Program-made: the position numbers and the translations under genes | In this document: in pieces, positions 8,995-16,672 of the stretch | How positions within the stretch are numbered: the first letter of the stretch is position 1 | Layout: the number at the start of each line of letters is the position of its first letter | Notes under the pieces: generated by a model | The model's database searches: none | The model's input: only the letters and a program-made list of their open reading frames with translations | Told to the model about the DNA's origin: nothing | Assembly (NCBI GenBank): GCA_964620595.1 | Contig: CAZUHP010000004.1 | Coordinates: 3,768-67,767, forward strand | Direction: 5' to 3' | Source: an uncultured Desulfarculaceae bacterium | GTDB lineage: Bacteria > Desulfobacterota > Desulfarculia > Desulfarculales > Desulfarculaceae | Length of the DNA stretch: 64,000 nt

Positions 8995-9561
8995 ATGCTG
9001 GTGCCCAAGCAAATCTTCCTTACGCGCGGCCGGGGTTACCACAAGGAGAAGCTGGCCAGCTTCGAGCTGGCCCTCAGGGCGGCCGGCATCGCCGAGCAGA
9101 ACCTGGTCTATGTCTCCAGCATCTTTCCGCCCAACTGCCAGCTCATCTCCCGGCGGGCGGCCCAAAAGAAGCTGGTGCCCGGCCAGATACTGTTCTGCGT
9201 GATGGCCCGCAACGCCACCAACGAACCCAACCGGCTGATATCCTCCTCCATCGGCCTGGCGGTGCCCGCGGACAAGAGCATGTACGGCTACCTTTCCGAG
9301 CACGAGGGCTTCGGCCAGAACGCGCGGGTCAGCGGCGACTATGCCGAGGACCTGGCCGCCGAGATGCTGGCCACCACCCTGGGCATAGATTTCGACCTGG
9401 ACCAGAGCTGGGACGAGAAGAAGCAGGTGTTCCGCATGTCCGGCAAGATCGTGCGCACCGACAACATCACCCAGACCGCGGTGGGCCCCAAGGACGGCCG
9501 CTGGGTGACCACCGTGGCCGCTGCGGTCATGATAATGGAATGGCAGGACCGCGACCAATGA
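8995..9561 (+). CDS. pdaD: pyruvoyl-dependent arginine decarboxylase
   Basis: 188 aa. It reads MLVPKQIFLTRGRGYHKEKLASFELALRAAGI..NLVYVSSIFPP, including the Ser-Ser self-cleavage site typical of PvlArgDC. RBS is AAGGAGG. Confidence 0.9.
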   Translation: MLVPKQIFLTRGRGYHKEKLASFELALRAAGIAEQNLVYVSSIFPPNCQLISRRAAQKKLVPGQILFCVMARNATNEPNRLISSSIGLAVPADKSMYGYLSEHEGFGQNARVSGDYAEDLAAEMLATTLGIDFDLDQSWDEKKQVFRMSGKIVRTDNITQTAVGPKDGRWVTTVAAAVMIMEWQDRDQ

Positions 9562-10493
9562 CCCCCGGCGGCCGCCGGCTCCGGCTGGGGGTGATGCTGG
9601 CCCTGGCCTGGCTGCTGGGCCTGGCCGCGGCGGCCTCGCCCCCCTCGCCTCCCGCGCCCCCCTCGCCCCCCCCGGCCCAGGGACGCCGCCTGGCCCTGGT
9701 GGTGGGGGTGGGTTCCTTCCAGGACCCGGCCTTCGAGCCCCTGCGCTATGCGGTGGCGGACGCCCGCCGGGTGGCCGCCTACCTGACCGACCCCAAAGGC
9801 GGCGGTTTTTCACCCCGCCAGGTGGCGGTGCTCATCGACCGGCAGGCCACCCGGGCCAACATCCTGGCCCAGGCCGAGCGCCTGGTCCGAAAGGCCCGGC
9901 CCGCGGATTTGGTGTTCGTCTATTTCTCCACCCATGGTTTCTTCACCCGGGAGCGGGTGATGGGCATCGTGTGCTACGACAGCCACGCCACCGGCGAGCG
10001 CGGCCCCTTCGGCCCGGTGGTGGCGGGCGACAGCGTGCTGACCCGCAAGGATCTCTACCGCCTCCTGCGCCGGCTTCCCGCCCAGCGGCGGGCGGTGGTG
10101 CTGGACACCTGCCACGGGGCGGCGGCCACCGGCGGCCTGGCCAGCCTCCCCCGGGACGACTCCGCCGGCTATCCCCCGGAATCGGACCTGGAGGCCGGGC
10201 CGGACCCGGCGGCCGGCACCGGCGCCGGCGAGGACGGAGTGACCCTGATCCTGGCCTCCTGCCTGGGCCGGCAGAAGGCCTGGGAGTCGCGGGAGCTGGG
10301 GGCCAGCATCTTCACCTACTACCTCTTGCAGGGGCTGCGCCGCTTGGGGGGAGATCTGGTGCAGGCCTTCTTCTACTCCCAGGAGCGGACCAGCCGCCAG
10401 GCCACCGTGGAAAAGGGCTGGTGCCAGACCCCCTATATGATCCACCTCCCCCCCTGGCGCCGCCTGGTGCTGGCGCCGCCGGGAAAGGGCTGA
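9558..10493 (+). CDS. secreted caspase-like peptidase (C14 family)
   Basis: The ATG overlaps the pdaD stop (ATGA). It has a signal-like N-terminus (RLRLGVMLALAWLLGLAAAA) and the catalytic dyad contexts YFSTHG and VLDTCHG, followed by an ASC..Q.A.E segment. Confidence 0.75.
   Translation: MTPGGRRLRLGVMLALAWLLGLAAAASPPSPPAPPSPPPAQGRRLALVVGVGSFQDPAFEPLRYAVADARRVAAYLTDPKGGGFSPRQVAVLIDRQATRANILAQAERLVRKARPADLVFVYFSTHGFFTRERVMGIVCYDSHATGERGPFGPVVAGDSVLTRKDLYRLLRRLPAQRRAVVLDTCHGAAATGGLASLPRDDSAGYPPESDLEAGPDPAAGTGAGEDGVTLILASCLGRQKAWESRELGASIFTYYLLQGLRRLGGDLVQAFFYSQERTSRQATVEKGWCQTPYMIHLPPWRRLVLAPPGKG
9634..9675. repeat. poly-C array inside the caspase-like CDS (encodes SPPSPPAPPSPPP)
   Basis: CCTCGCCCCCCTCGCCTCCCGCGCCCCCCTCGCCCCCCCC, located right after the signal peptide. 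Confidence 0.8.
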
Positions 10494-10500
10494 AAGAGCC

Positions 10501-12153
10501 ATGCGCGCAGAAGACCTGAGAGGCCTGGAGCTTATCTCCCTGGACCCGGAGACCGGCTTTCCCGTGTTCGGCACCGCCAGGCTCATGATCGTGGGCCTGG
10601 CCCCCCTGGCCCGGTTGCACAAGGACCTGATCCACCGCCTGGGCGAGGAGAGCGCCGCCAAGGTCTTTTTGCGCTACGGCTACGAGGCCGGCCTCGGCAT
10701 AGCCACCAACCTGGCCACCCTCTACCAGTGGGACGACGAGCGGGAATGGCTCAAGGCGGGCAGCGTGATGCGCCGGGTGGCGGGCCTGGCCCGGGAGGAG
10801 ATGACCCACCTGGAGTTCGAGCCGGCCGAAGGGCACCTGTTGATCAAGGGACGCTGGCACGACTCCCTGGAAACCCGGATATGGCAGAGGGACCAGGCCC
10901 GCCCGGCCCAGCCGGTCTGCCACCTGCTCTGCGGCATGGCCAGCGGCTATGCCAGCGCGGTGCTGGGCAGCGAGGTGTGGGTGCGGGAGACATCCTGCGC
11001 GGCCCAGGGCCACGACTTCTGCACCTTCGAGGGCCGGCCGGCCAAGGACTGGGGCATGCGGCCGGAGGAGATACGGAGCTTCCTGGCCCTGGACACGGTG
11101 GAGGAGGAGGTGCAGCGGCTCAAGGAGGCCCTGCAAAAGGCCCGCTCCGAGGCGCGGCGCCACTCGGCCGAGGTGGAGCGCCTGCGCCGGCGCCAGGCCG
11201 CCCGCAAGGACGAGGCGGGCATCATCTTCCGCAGCGAGGCCATGGCCCACCTCCTGGAGCTGGCCCGCAAGGTGGCGCCCACCTCCACCACGGTGCTCAT
11301 GTACGGCGAGACCGGCACCGGCAAGGAGGTGCTGGCCCGCTACCTGCACAAGCACTCGGGCCGGGCGGAGCACCCCTTCCTGGCCATCAACTGCGCGGCC
11401 CTGCCGGCCAACCTGTTGGAGAGCGAGCTGTTCGGCCACGTCAAGGGGGCCTTCACCGGCGCGGACCGCGACAAGAAGGGGCTGTTCGTGGAGGCCGGCC
11501 AGGGCACCCTCTTCCTGGACGAGGTGGGCGAGCTGCCCCTGGAGCTGCAGGCCAAGCTCCTGCGCGCCTTGCAGGAGCGCGAGGTGCGGCCGGTGGGCGG
11601 CTCCAAGTACCTGCCGGTGAAGGCCCGCATCATCGCGGCCAGCAACCGGGACCTGAAGGAGATGGTGCGCCAGGGCGAATTCCGCGAGGATCTCTACTAC
11701 CGCCTGGCGGTGATACCCATCCAGATCCCTCCCCTGCGGGAGCGCCGCCAGGACATCCTGCCCCTGGCCCGCCACTTCCTGGCCCGCTACCACCCGGGCA
11801 GCCCGGGGTTCGCGCCCGAGGCGGTGCGGCTGATGGAGGCCTATGCCTGGCCCGGCAACGTGCGCGAGCTGGAGAACGCCATGGAGTACGCCGGGGTGCT
11901 GGCCGGGGAGGAGCGCATCGCACCCGAGCATCTGCCCCGCTCGGTGACCGCCGGCTCCCAGGACCCCCTGGCCAGCCTGGCGGTGGACCTGCCCAGCCAG
12001 GCGGAGCTGGTGCGGCGCTACACCGAGCTGGTCCTCCGGCACACCGGCGGCAACAAGTCCCAGGCCGCGCGCATCCTGGGCATCGGCAACAACACCCTCT
12101 GGCGCCGCCTGAAGGCCCAGGAACGGGAGCAGGCCGGGCATGATCGAGACTGA
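10501..12153 (+). CDS. sigma54-dependent transcriptional activator with XylR-N/V4R-type sensory domain
   Basis: 550 aa. The N-terminus resembles XylR/DmpR (LRYGYEAG..., CGMASGYASAVLG, CAAQGHDFCTF). The AAA+ core has GETGTGKE and GAFTGA, and there is a C-terminal HTH (NKSQAARILGIGNNTLWRRLK). Confidence 0.9.
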   Translation: MRAEDLRGLELISLDPETGFPVFGTARLMIVGLAPLARLHKDLIHRLGEESAAKVFLRYGYEAGLGIATNLATLYQWDDEREWLKAGSVMRRVAGLAREEMTHLEFEPAEGHLLIKGRWHDSLETRIWQRDQARPAQPVCHLLCGMASGYASAVLGSEVWVRETSCAAQGHDFCTFEGRPAKDWGMRPEEIRSFLALDTVEEEVQRLKEALQKARSEARRHSAEVERLRRRQAARKDEAGIIFRSEAMAHLLELARKVAPTSTTVLMYGETGTGKEVLARYLHKHSGRAEHPFLAINCAALPANLLESELFGHVKGAFTGADRDKKGLFVEAGQGTLFLDEVGELPLELQAKLLRALQEREVRPVGGSKYLPVKARIIAASNRDLKEMVRQGEFREDLYYRLAVIPIQIPPLRERRQDILPLARHFLARYHPGSPGFAPEAVRLMEAYAWPGNVRELENAMEYAGVLAGEERIAPEHLPRSVTAGSQDPLASLAVDLPSQAELVRRYTELVLRHTGGNKSQAARILGIGNNTLWRRLKAQEREQAGHDRD

Positions 12154-12877
12154 AAAGGACATAGGCGGCCATCCCCTGGCCCAGGGAGAAAAATTCCGCT
12201 TCGCCTGCCACCCCGGGCTGGCCTGCTTCAACACCTGCTGCCGCGACAAGCGCCTGCCCCTGTGGCCCTATGACGTGCTGCGCCTGCGGCTGGGCCTGGG
12301 GCTGGACTCGGTGCAGGTGCTGGAGCGCTACGCCGAGCTGGAGTTCGACCCCCGCTCGGGCTGGCCCTCCCTGCGCCTGCGCCTGGACCAACAGGGCCGC
12401 TGCCCCCTGCTCACCCCCCAGGGTTGCGGGGTGTACCCCCACCGCCCGGCCGCCTGCCGTATCTATCCCCTGGCCTGGCTGGCCCGGCCCGCGGCCGAGG
12501 GCCGCCCGCCCCGGGAGCTGTTCGTGCGCCAGGAGACCAAGGGCTGCCTGGGCTGGAGCGAGGACCGCGAGCACACGCCGGCCTCCTGGGTGGAGGACCA
12601 GGGGCTGGGCCCCTACCTGGAGGCCAACGCCGCGCTCCTGGGGCTGTTCTTCCACCCCCGCCGCCGGGGCCGGCTCAAGCTGAACCAGGCCCAGACCCAC
12701 GCGGTCATCGCCGCCCTGTACAACCTGGACGTGTTCCGGCAGGCAGTGGCCAAGCCGGGCTTTGCCCAAGGCGCCGGGGTGGCGCCGGAGCGGGTGGAGC
12801 GGGCCCTGGCCAGCGACGAGGAGCTTTTGGGGCTGGGCCGGGACTGGCTGGCGGGGCGGCTCTTTGCAAAGTCTTGA
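12140..12877 (+). CDS. YkgJ/UPF0153-type Cys-cluster protein
   Basis: 245 aa. It contains C-x-x-x-x-x-C-x-x-x-CC (CHPGLACFNTCC) and later GRCPLL..GCGVYPHRPAACRIYP. The start overlaps the EBP stop by 14 nt. Confidence 0.7.
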   Translation: MIETEKDIGGHPLAQGEKFRFACHPGLACFNTCCRDKRLPLWPYDVLRLRLGLGLDSVQVLERYAELEFDPRSGWPSLRLRLDQQGRCPLLTPQGCGVYPHRPAACRIYPLAWLARPAAEGRPPRELFVRQETKGCLGWSEDREHTPASWVEDQGLGPYLEANAALLGLFFHPRRRGRLKLNQAQTHAVIAALYNLDVFRQAVAKPGFAQGAGVAPERVERALASDEELLGLGRDWLAGRLFAKS

Positions 12878-12883
12878 AACAGA

Positions 12884-12912
12884 TTGACAATCACCGGGTG
12901 GCAGAGTTTACT
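12884..12912 (+). promoter_or_regulatory. putative sigma70 promoter of the subtilase gene
   Basis: TTGACA (12884-12889), a 17-nt spacer, then TTTACT (12907-12912). It is about 40 nt upstream of the GTG at 12952. Confidence 0.4.
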
Positions 12913-12951
12913 TTTAAAGATACCCATGTCACGCCCTGGAAGGAGAGCGTT

Positions 12952-14154
12952 GTGCGCCGCATACTGCCGTGGTTGTTGGCCCTGGCCCTGGTGGCCTGGT
13001 GCCTGCCCGCCCAAGCCTTCACCCCCAACGATCCCCATTTCGACAAGCAATGGCACATGGACCAGATCGGCATGGAGCAGGCCTGGGACTACAACCCCGG
13101 CGGCCGGGCGGACGTGAAGGTGGCGGTGCTGGACACGGGCGTGGCCTACGAGGACTACGAGAGCTGGAGCATGGTTTCGGACCTGGCCGGCACCCTCTTT
13201 GACCGCGAGAACGCCTACGACGTGGTCTACAAGGACTCCCACCCCGACGACTCCAACGGCCACGGCACCCACGTCACCGGCACCATCGCCCAGACCACCA
13301 ACAACAGCATAGGCGTGGCCGGGGTGGCCTACGGGGTCACCATCCTGCCGGTGCAGGTCTTCAATCCCTCGGGCGAGGCCTCGCCCGCCGACGTGGCCGA
13401 AGGCATCGACTACGCGGTGAGCCGCGGGGCGGATATCATCAACTTCTCGGGCGGCGGCCGGGACTATGCCGAGGTGCGCGCCGCCTGCCAGCGCGCCTAT
13501 GACGCCGGGGTGCTGGTGGTGGCCGCGGCGGGGAACAACGGCCGAGGCTCCCTGGACTACCCGGCGGCCTATCCCGGCTCCCTGGCGGTGGGTGCGGTGC
13601 GCTTCGACCGGAACCGGGCCTACTACTCCAACTACGGCCGTGACATGGTGCTGGCCCCGGGCGGGGACACCAGCGTGGACCAGAACCACGACGGCTACGC
13701 GGACGGCGTGTTGCAGCAGAGCATCGACGGCCACTACTGGTTCAAGCAGGGCACCTCCATGGCCGCCCCCCATGTGAGCGGCCTGGCCGCCCTGATCCTC
13801 TCCGAGGCCCGCGACCTGGGGATCTCCATCCCCAGCGGCCGGGAGCGGGTGGACTGGCTCAAGGCCATCATCATGAGCACCACCCTGGACCTGGGCAAGC
13901 CCGGCCCGGACGACGAGTACGGCTACGGCCTGGTACGCGCGGCAAACGCCCTGGCGCTCCTGAACGCCGGCGAGCAGGCGGTGAAGGCGGCGGTGGCCCG
14001 CTGGCGCCAGAACCTGAACTGGACTCCCAAGCTAAACATGGAAAGCGACGGCACCCCAAGGGACATGCAGTACCAATTCGGCTACCAGGGGTACGACCTC
14101 GAATCCCCGCCGCCCCGGCCCGCCTACCTGGACAACCTGCCCGCCTCCCAGTAG
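12952..14154 (+). CDS. secreted subtilisin-like serine protease (S8)
   Basis: GTG at 12952 follows an AGGAGAG RBS. It has a signal peptide (ILPWLLALALVAWCLPAQA) and the catalytic triad contexts VAVLDTGV, HGTHVTGTIA and GTSMAAPHVSG. Confidence 0.85.
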   Translation: MRRILPWLLALALVAWCLPAQAFTPNDPHFDKQWHMDQIGMEQAWDYNPGGRADVKVAVLDTGVAYEDYESWSMVSDLAGTLFDRENAYDVVYKDSHPDDSNGHGTHVTGTIAQTTNNSIGVAGVAYGVTILPVQVFNPSGEASPADVAEGIDYAVSRGADIINFSGGGRDYAEVRAACQRAYDAGVLVVAAAGNNGRGSLDYPAAYPGSLAVGAVRFDRNRAYYSNYGRDMVLAPGGDTSVDQNHDGYADGVLQQSIDGHYWFKQGTSMAAPHVSGLAALILSEARDLGISIPSGRERVDWLKAIIMSTTLDLGKPGPDDEYGYGLVRAANALALLNAGEQAVKAAVARWRQNLNWTPKLNMESDGTPRDMQYQFGYQGYDLESPPPRPAYLDNLPASQ

Positions 14155-14199
14155 GCGCACCCCAGGAGCGACCAGGCCCGGCCCACCCCAAAGACAGGC

Positions 14200-14865
14200 A
14201 TGCCTTCACCTGCTGATGAAACCCTGAGCCTTTGCCGGGCGCTCCTGCGCCTGGTGGGCGAGGCCCGCGCGGCGGGCCGCCTACCCGGCCGGGAGGAAGT
14301 CCTGCCCCTGGCCCGGTCCTTGTGGCCCCAGGCCGCGGACCAGGCGGCCGCGGCCCTGGTGGATCCCTTTCTGGCCGCCACCATGCTCTGGCGCACCCTG
14401 GGCCAGGGCTTCCGGGGCAACCCCCTGCACCTGAGGCCCCTTGACGACGACGGCCCCCGCCTGGCCCGGGACCTGCTGGCCCTGCTGGAGCTACACCTGC
14501 GCATCCGGCGCGGGCTGGCCGGCCTAGTGGAGTGGCCCGCCGGCGGCCAGCCCGCGGGCGGGCTGGTGGGCGACGGCGGCTGGTGCGACCTCTGCGGGCA
14601 GTGCTGCTGCCACTGCGGCACCGTGCCCACCCCCCCGCCGGGGGTGGACTACCCGGCCTGGTTCCACCACGCCCTGGCCGGGGAGCTGGTGCACCCCCAG
14701 CCCTTCTGCCCCTTCCTGTTCCAGACCCTGGAACGGCCGCTCTTTTTCTGCGGCCTGCATCCCATAAAGCCGGTGGCCTGCCGCCGCTTCGACCGCGCCG
14801 ACTGCGAGCGCGGCCGGCCCGGCCGGGGCTTCCGGCAGCCGCCGGAACAAGGCGGCGTTGCTTAA
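14200..14865 (+). CDS. YkgJ-like Cys-cluster protein (second paralogue)
   Basis: 221 aa with CDLCGQCCCHCG (CxxCxxCC), followed by FCPFL and FCGLHPIKPVACRRF. Confidence 0.6.
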   Translation: MPSPADETLSLCRALLRLVGEARAAGRLPGREEVLPLARSLWPQAADQAAAALVDPFLAATMLWRTLGQGFRGNPLHLRPLDDDGPRLARDLLALLELHLRIRRGLAGLVEWPAGGQPAGGLVGDGGWCDLCGQCCCHCGTVPTPPPGVDYPAWFHHALAGELVHPQPFCPFLFQTLERPLFFCGLHPIKPVACRRFDRADCERGRPGRGFRQPPEQGGVA

Positions 14866-14893
14866 GCGGGCCGGGCACCTCTATAATCAGGGC

Positions 14894-16534
14894 ATGTCCG
14901 CCCTGGCGAAGCATAAACCTCTCTTGGCCCTGGTCCTTGGCCTGTGCCTCTGGAGCCTGGCCGCGGCCACGCCGGCCCAGGCCCAGAGCCAAGGCGGCGC
15001 CGGGCAGCGCTATTGCATCTGGCTCCTGTGGACCAAGGACCCGGCCGTGCTCAAGCAGGCCCTGGAACGGCTGGCCCAGGGCGACCCCTTCATGGTGGTG
15101 GCCCGCCAGCTCGCCCGCCAGCACCCCACCACCAGCCAGGCCAACGCGGACTGCATGCCGGCCGGCCGCATGGACCCGGCGGTGCTGGCCGCGGTGCGGG
15201 ACCTGAAGATCGGCCAGGTGAGCCGCCCCTTTGACCTGGAAGACGGCAGCGCCCTGGTCATGCGTACCACCGACGAGCACCGCCGCCGGGCCCAGAAGCT
15301 CTACAGCCAAGGCCGCTTCGCCCAGGCCGAGCGCGAGATGCTCCGGGACCTCAAGCTGCACCCGGCCAGCGCCCCGGCCTGGCACATGCTGGCGCTCACC
15401 CGCACCGCCCAGGGGCGCTACAAGCTCGCCCTGGCCGCCCTGGACAAGGCCCTTGCCTTGAGCCCCGACAACCCGGCCATGCTCAACGACAAGGCCTCGG
15501 CCCTGGCCAGCCTGGGCCGCTCCCGCCAGGCCCTGCCCATCTTCGAGAAGGCGCTCAAGCTGGAGCCCGACAACCCCACCATCCTGAGCAACCTGGCCTG
15601 GGCCCTGACCCTGGCCCGGCAAAACCCCCGGCGGGCCGAGGCCTTGGCCAAAAAGGCCATCAAGGTAGCTCCGGGCCAGGCCCGGCTGTGGCATACCTTG
15701 GCCAAGGTGCAACAGGCCCAGGGCCGCCACGCCCAGGCGGTGGTCAGCTTCTACCGCGCCGCGCGGCTGGACCCCAGGCTGGCCCGACCCGGCACGGAGA
15801 TCGTAAAGAGCCTGCTGGCCCTGGACCCCCGGGTGGTGGCCCGCCTGGCCAACTCCCCGGCCAAGCGTCCGTCCGCCCCCCCCGCCCCCCCCGCGGCCCC
15901 TGCCAAGCGCCCGGCCGAGCCCAAGAAGGTGGAGGGGGAAGCTCTGCCCAAGGGCCTCCGGCCGGCGCCCCGCTTGAAAGGCGCCTCAGTGACCTTGCCC
16001 CAGAGCTGGCCCGCCCTGGCCCAGCCCGAGGAAAAATCCCAGCCCGCACCGGCGGCCGGAGCCGGGTCCCGGGTGGTGTCCCTGCCCATGCCCAAGTTCC
16101 CGCCCCCGGCCACGCCTGCCATGGCGTCTCCTCAAGCGGCCCCGTCGCCCCCCTCGGCGGCCACCCAAGCGGCCTCCTCGTCGCCCCCCCCGTCGCCCCC
16201 CCCGTCGGCCCAGCGGAAGGAGCAGGCCCGGCCGCCCAAGCCCACGGCCAAGGCACGGGTCAAGCGGCCCCCGGCCAGGCCGGCCAAGTCTTTCTACTTG
16301 ATCCAGGTGGCCTCCTACCGGCCCAAGTCCCTGGCCCAAAAGGAGCTGCGCGCCTGGCGGGCGCGCAAGATCAACGGCCGTATCGAGAAATGGCGGGACG
16401 CCAAGGGCCGCACCTGGCACCGGGTGCTCCTGGGGCCCTTTGCCTCCCGGGCCCAGGCCCGGGCCCAGGCCCGGGCCCTGAAGAAACGGCGCTTGATACG
16501 CCGCTACTACCTGGTCAAGCGCACCGCTGAATAA
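14894..16534 (+). CDS. exported TPR-repeat protein with C-terminal SPOR domain
   Basis: ATG at 14894 (MSALAKHKPLLALVLGLCLWSLAAA). It has several TPR-like repeats, a Pro/Ala/Ser linker, and a C-terminal SPOR-like segment (FYLIQVASYRPKSLAQKE...WHRVLLGPFASRAQA). Confidence 0.8.
   Translation: MSALAKHKPLLALVLGLCLWSLAAATPAQAQSQGGAGQRYCIWLLWTKDPAVLKQALERLAQGDPFMVVARQLARQHPTTSQANADCMPAGRMDPAVLAAVRDLKIGQVSRPFDLEDGSALVMRTTDEHRRRAQKLYSQGRFAQAEREMLRDLKLHPASAPAWHMLALTRTAQGRYKLALAALDKALALSPDNPAMLNDKASALASLGRSRQALPIFEKALKLEPDNPTILSNLAWALTLARQNPRRAEALAKKAIKVAPGQARLWHTLAKVQQAQGRHAQAVVSFYRAARLDPRLARPGTEIVKSLLALDPRVVARLANSPAKRPSAPPAPPAAPAKRPAEPKKVEGEALPKGLRPAPRLKGASVTLPQSWPALAQPEEKSQPAPAAGAGSRVVSLPMPKFPPPATPAMASPQAAPSPPSAATQAASSSPPPSPPPSAQRKEQARPPKPTAKARVKRPPARPAKSFYLIQVASYRPKSLAQKELRAWRARKINGRIEKWRDAKGRTWHRVLLGPFASRAQARAQARALKKRRLIRRYYLVKRTAE
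15866..15900. repeat. poly-C array inside the TPR/SPOR CDS (encodes PSAPPAPPAAP)
   Basis: CGTCCGTCCGCCCCCCCCGCCCCCCCCGCGGCCCC. Confidence 0.7.
16141..16210. repeat. poly-C/GTCG array inside the TPR/SPOR CDS (encodes PSPPS...SSSPPPSPPPS)
   Basis: CCCGTCGCCCCCCTCGG...TCGTCGCCCCCCCCGTCGCCCCCCCCGTCGGCC. Confidence 0.8.
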
Positions 16535-16672
16535 CCCCCGGCCCTGCCTCGCACTCCTGCCCCAGCCCCCCGGCGGAAGCGCCAAATCGGCTCTTGCCAA
16601 GCCGGGCGATTCAAGCTACCAGTAGAGGTGCTGCGGCCGCCCGCCAAAGCCATCCCTTTGCAGGAGAAGACC

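Noticed and set aside
8952-9557. N-terminal 200-aa extension of the caspase-like ORF (ORF track 8952-10493). Similar upstream extensions occur for speB (to 9008), the S8 protease (to 12424), the flavoprotein (to 46098) and the GT4 (to 61518).
   Set aside because: The extensions overlap well-supported genes in other frames and are Arg/Pro/Gly-rich. Internal starts with an RBS or stop/start overlap give proteins of normal family length.
9558-14154. Caspase-like and subtilase genes as a gasdermin-type or other protease-triggered defence/cell-death system.
   Set aside because: No gasdermin-like, NACHT/STAND, TIR, nuclease or other effector-like ORF is adjacent. Both proteases have signal peptides, so they are extracytoplasmic. 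The neighbours are Cys-cluster and regulatory proteins.
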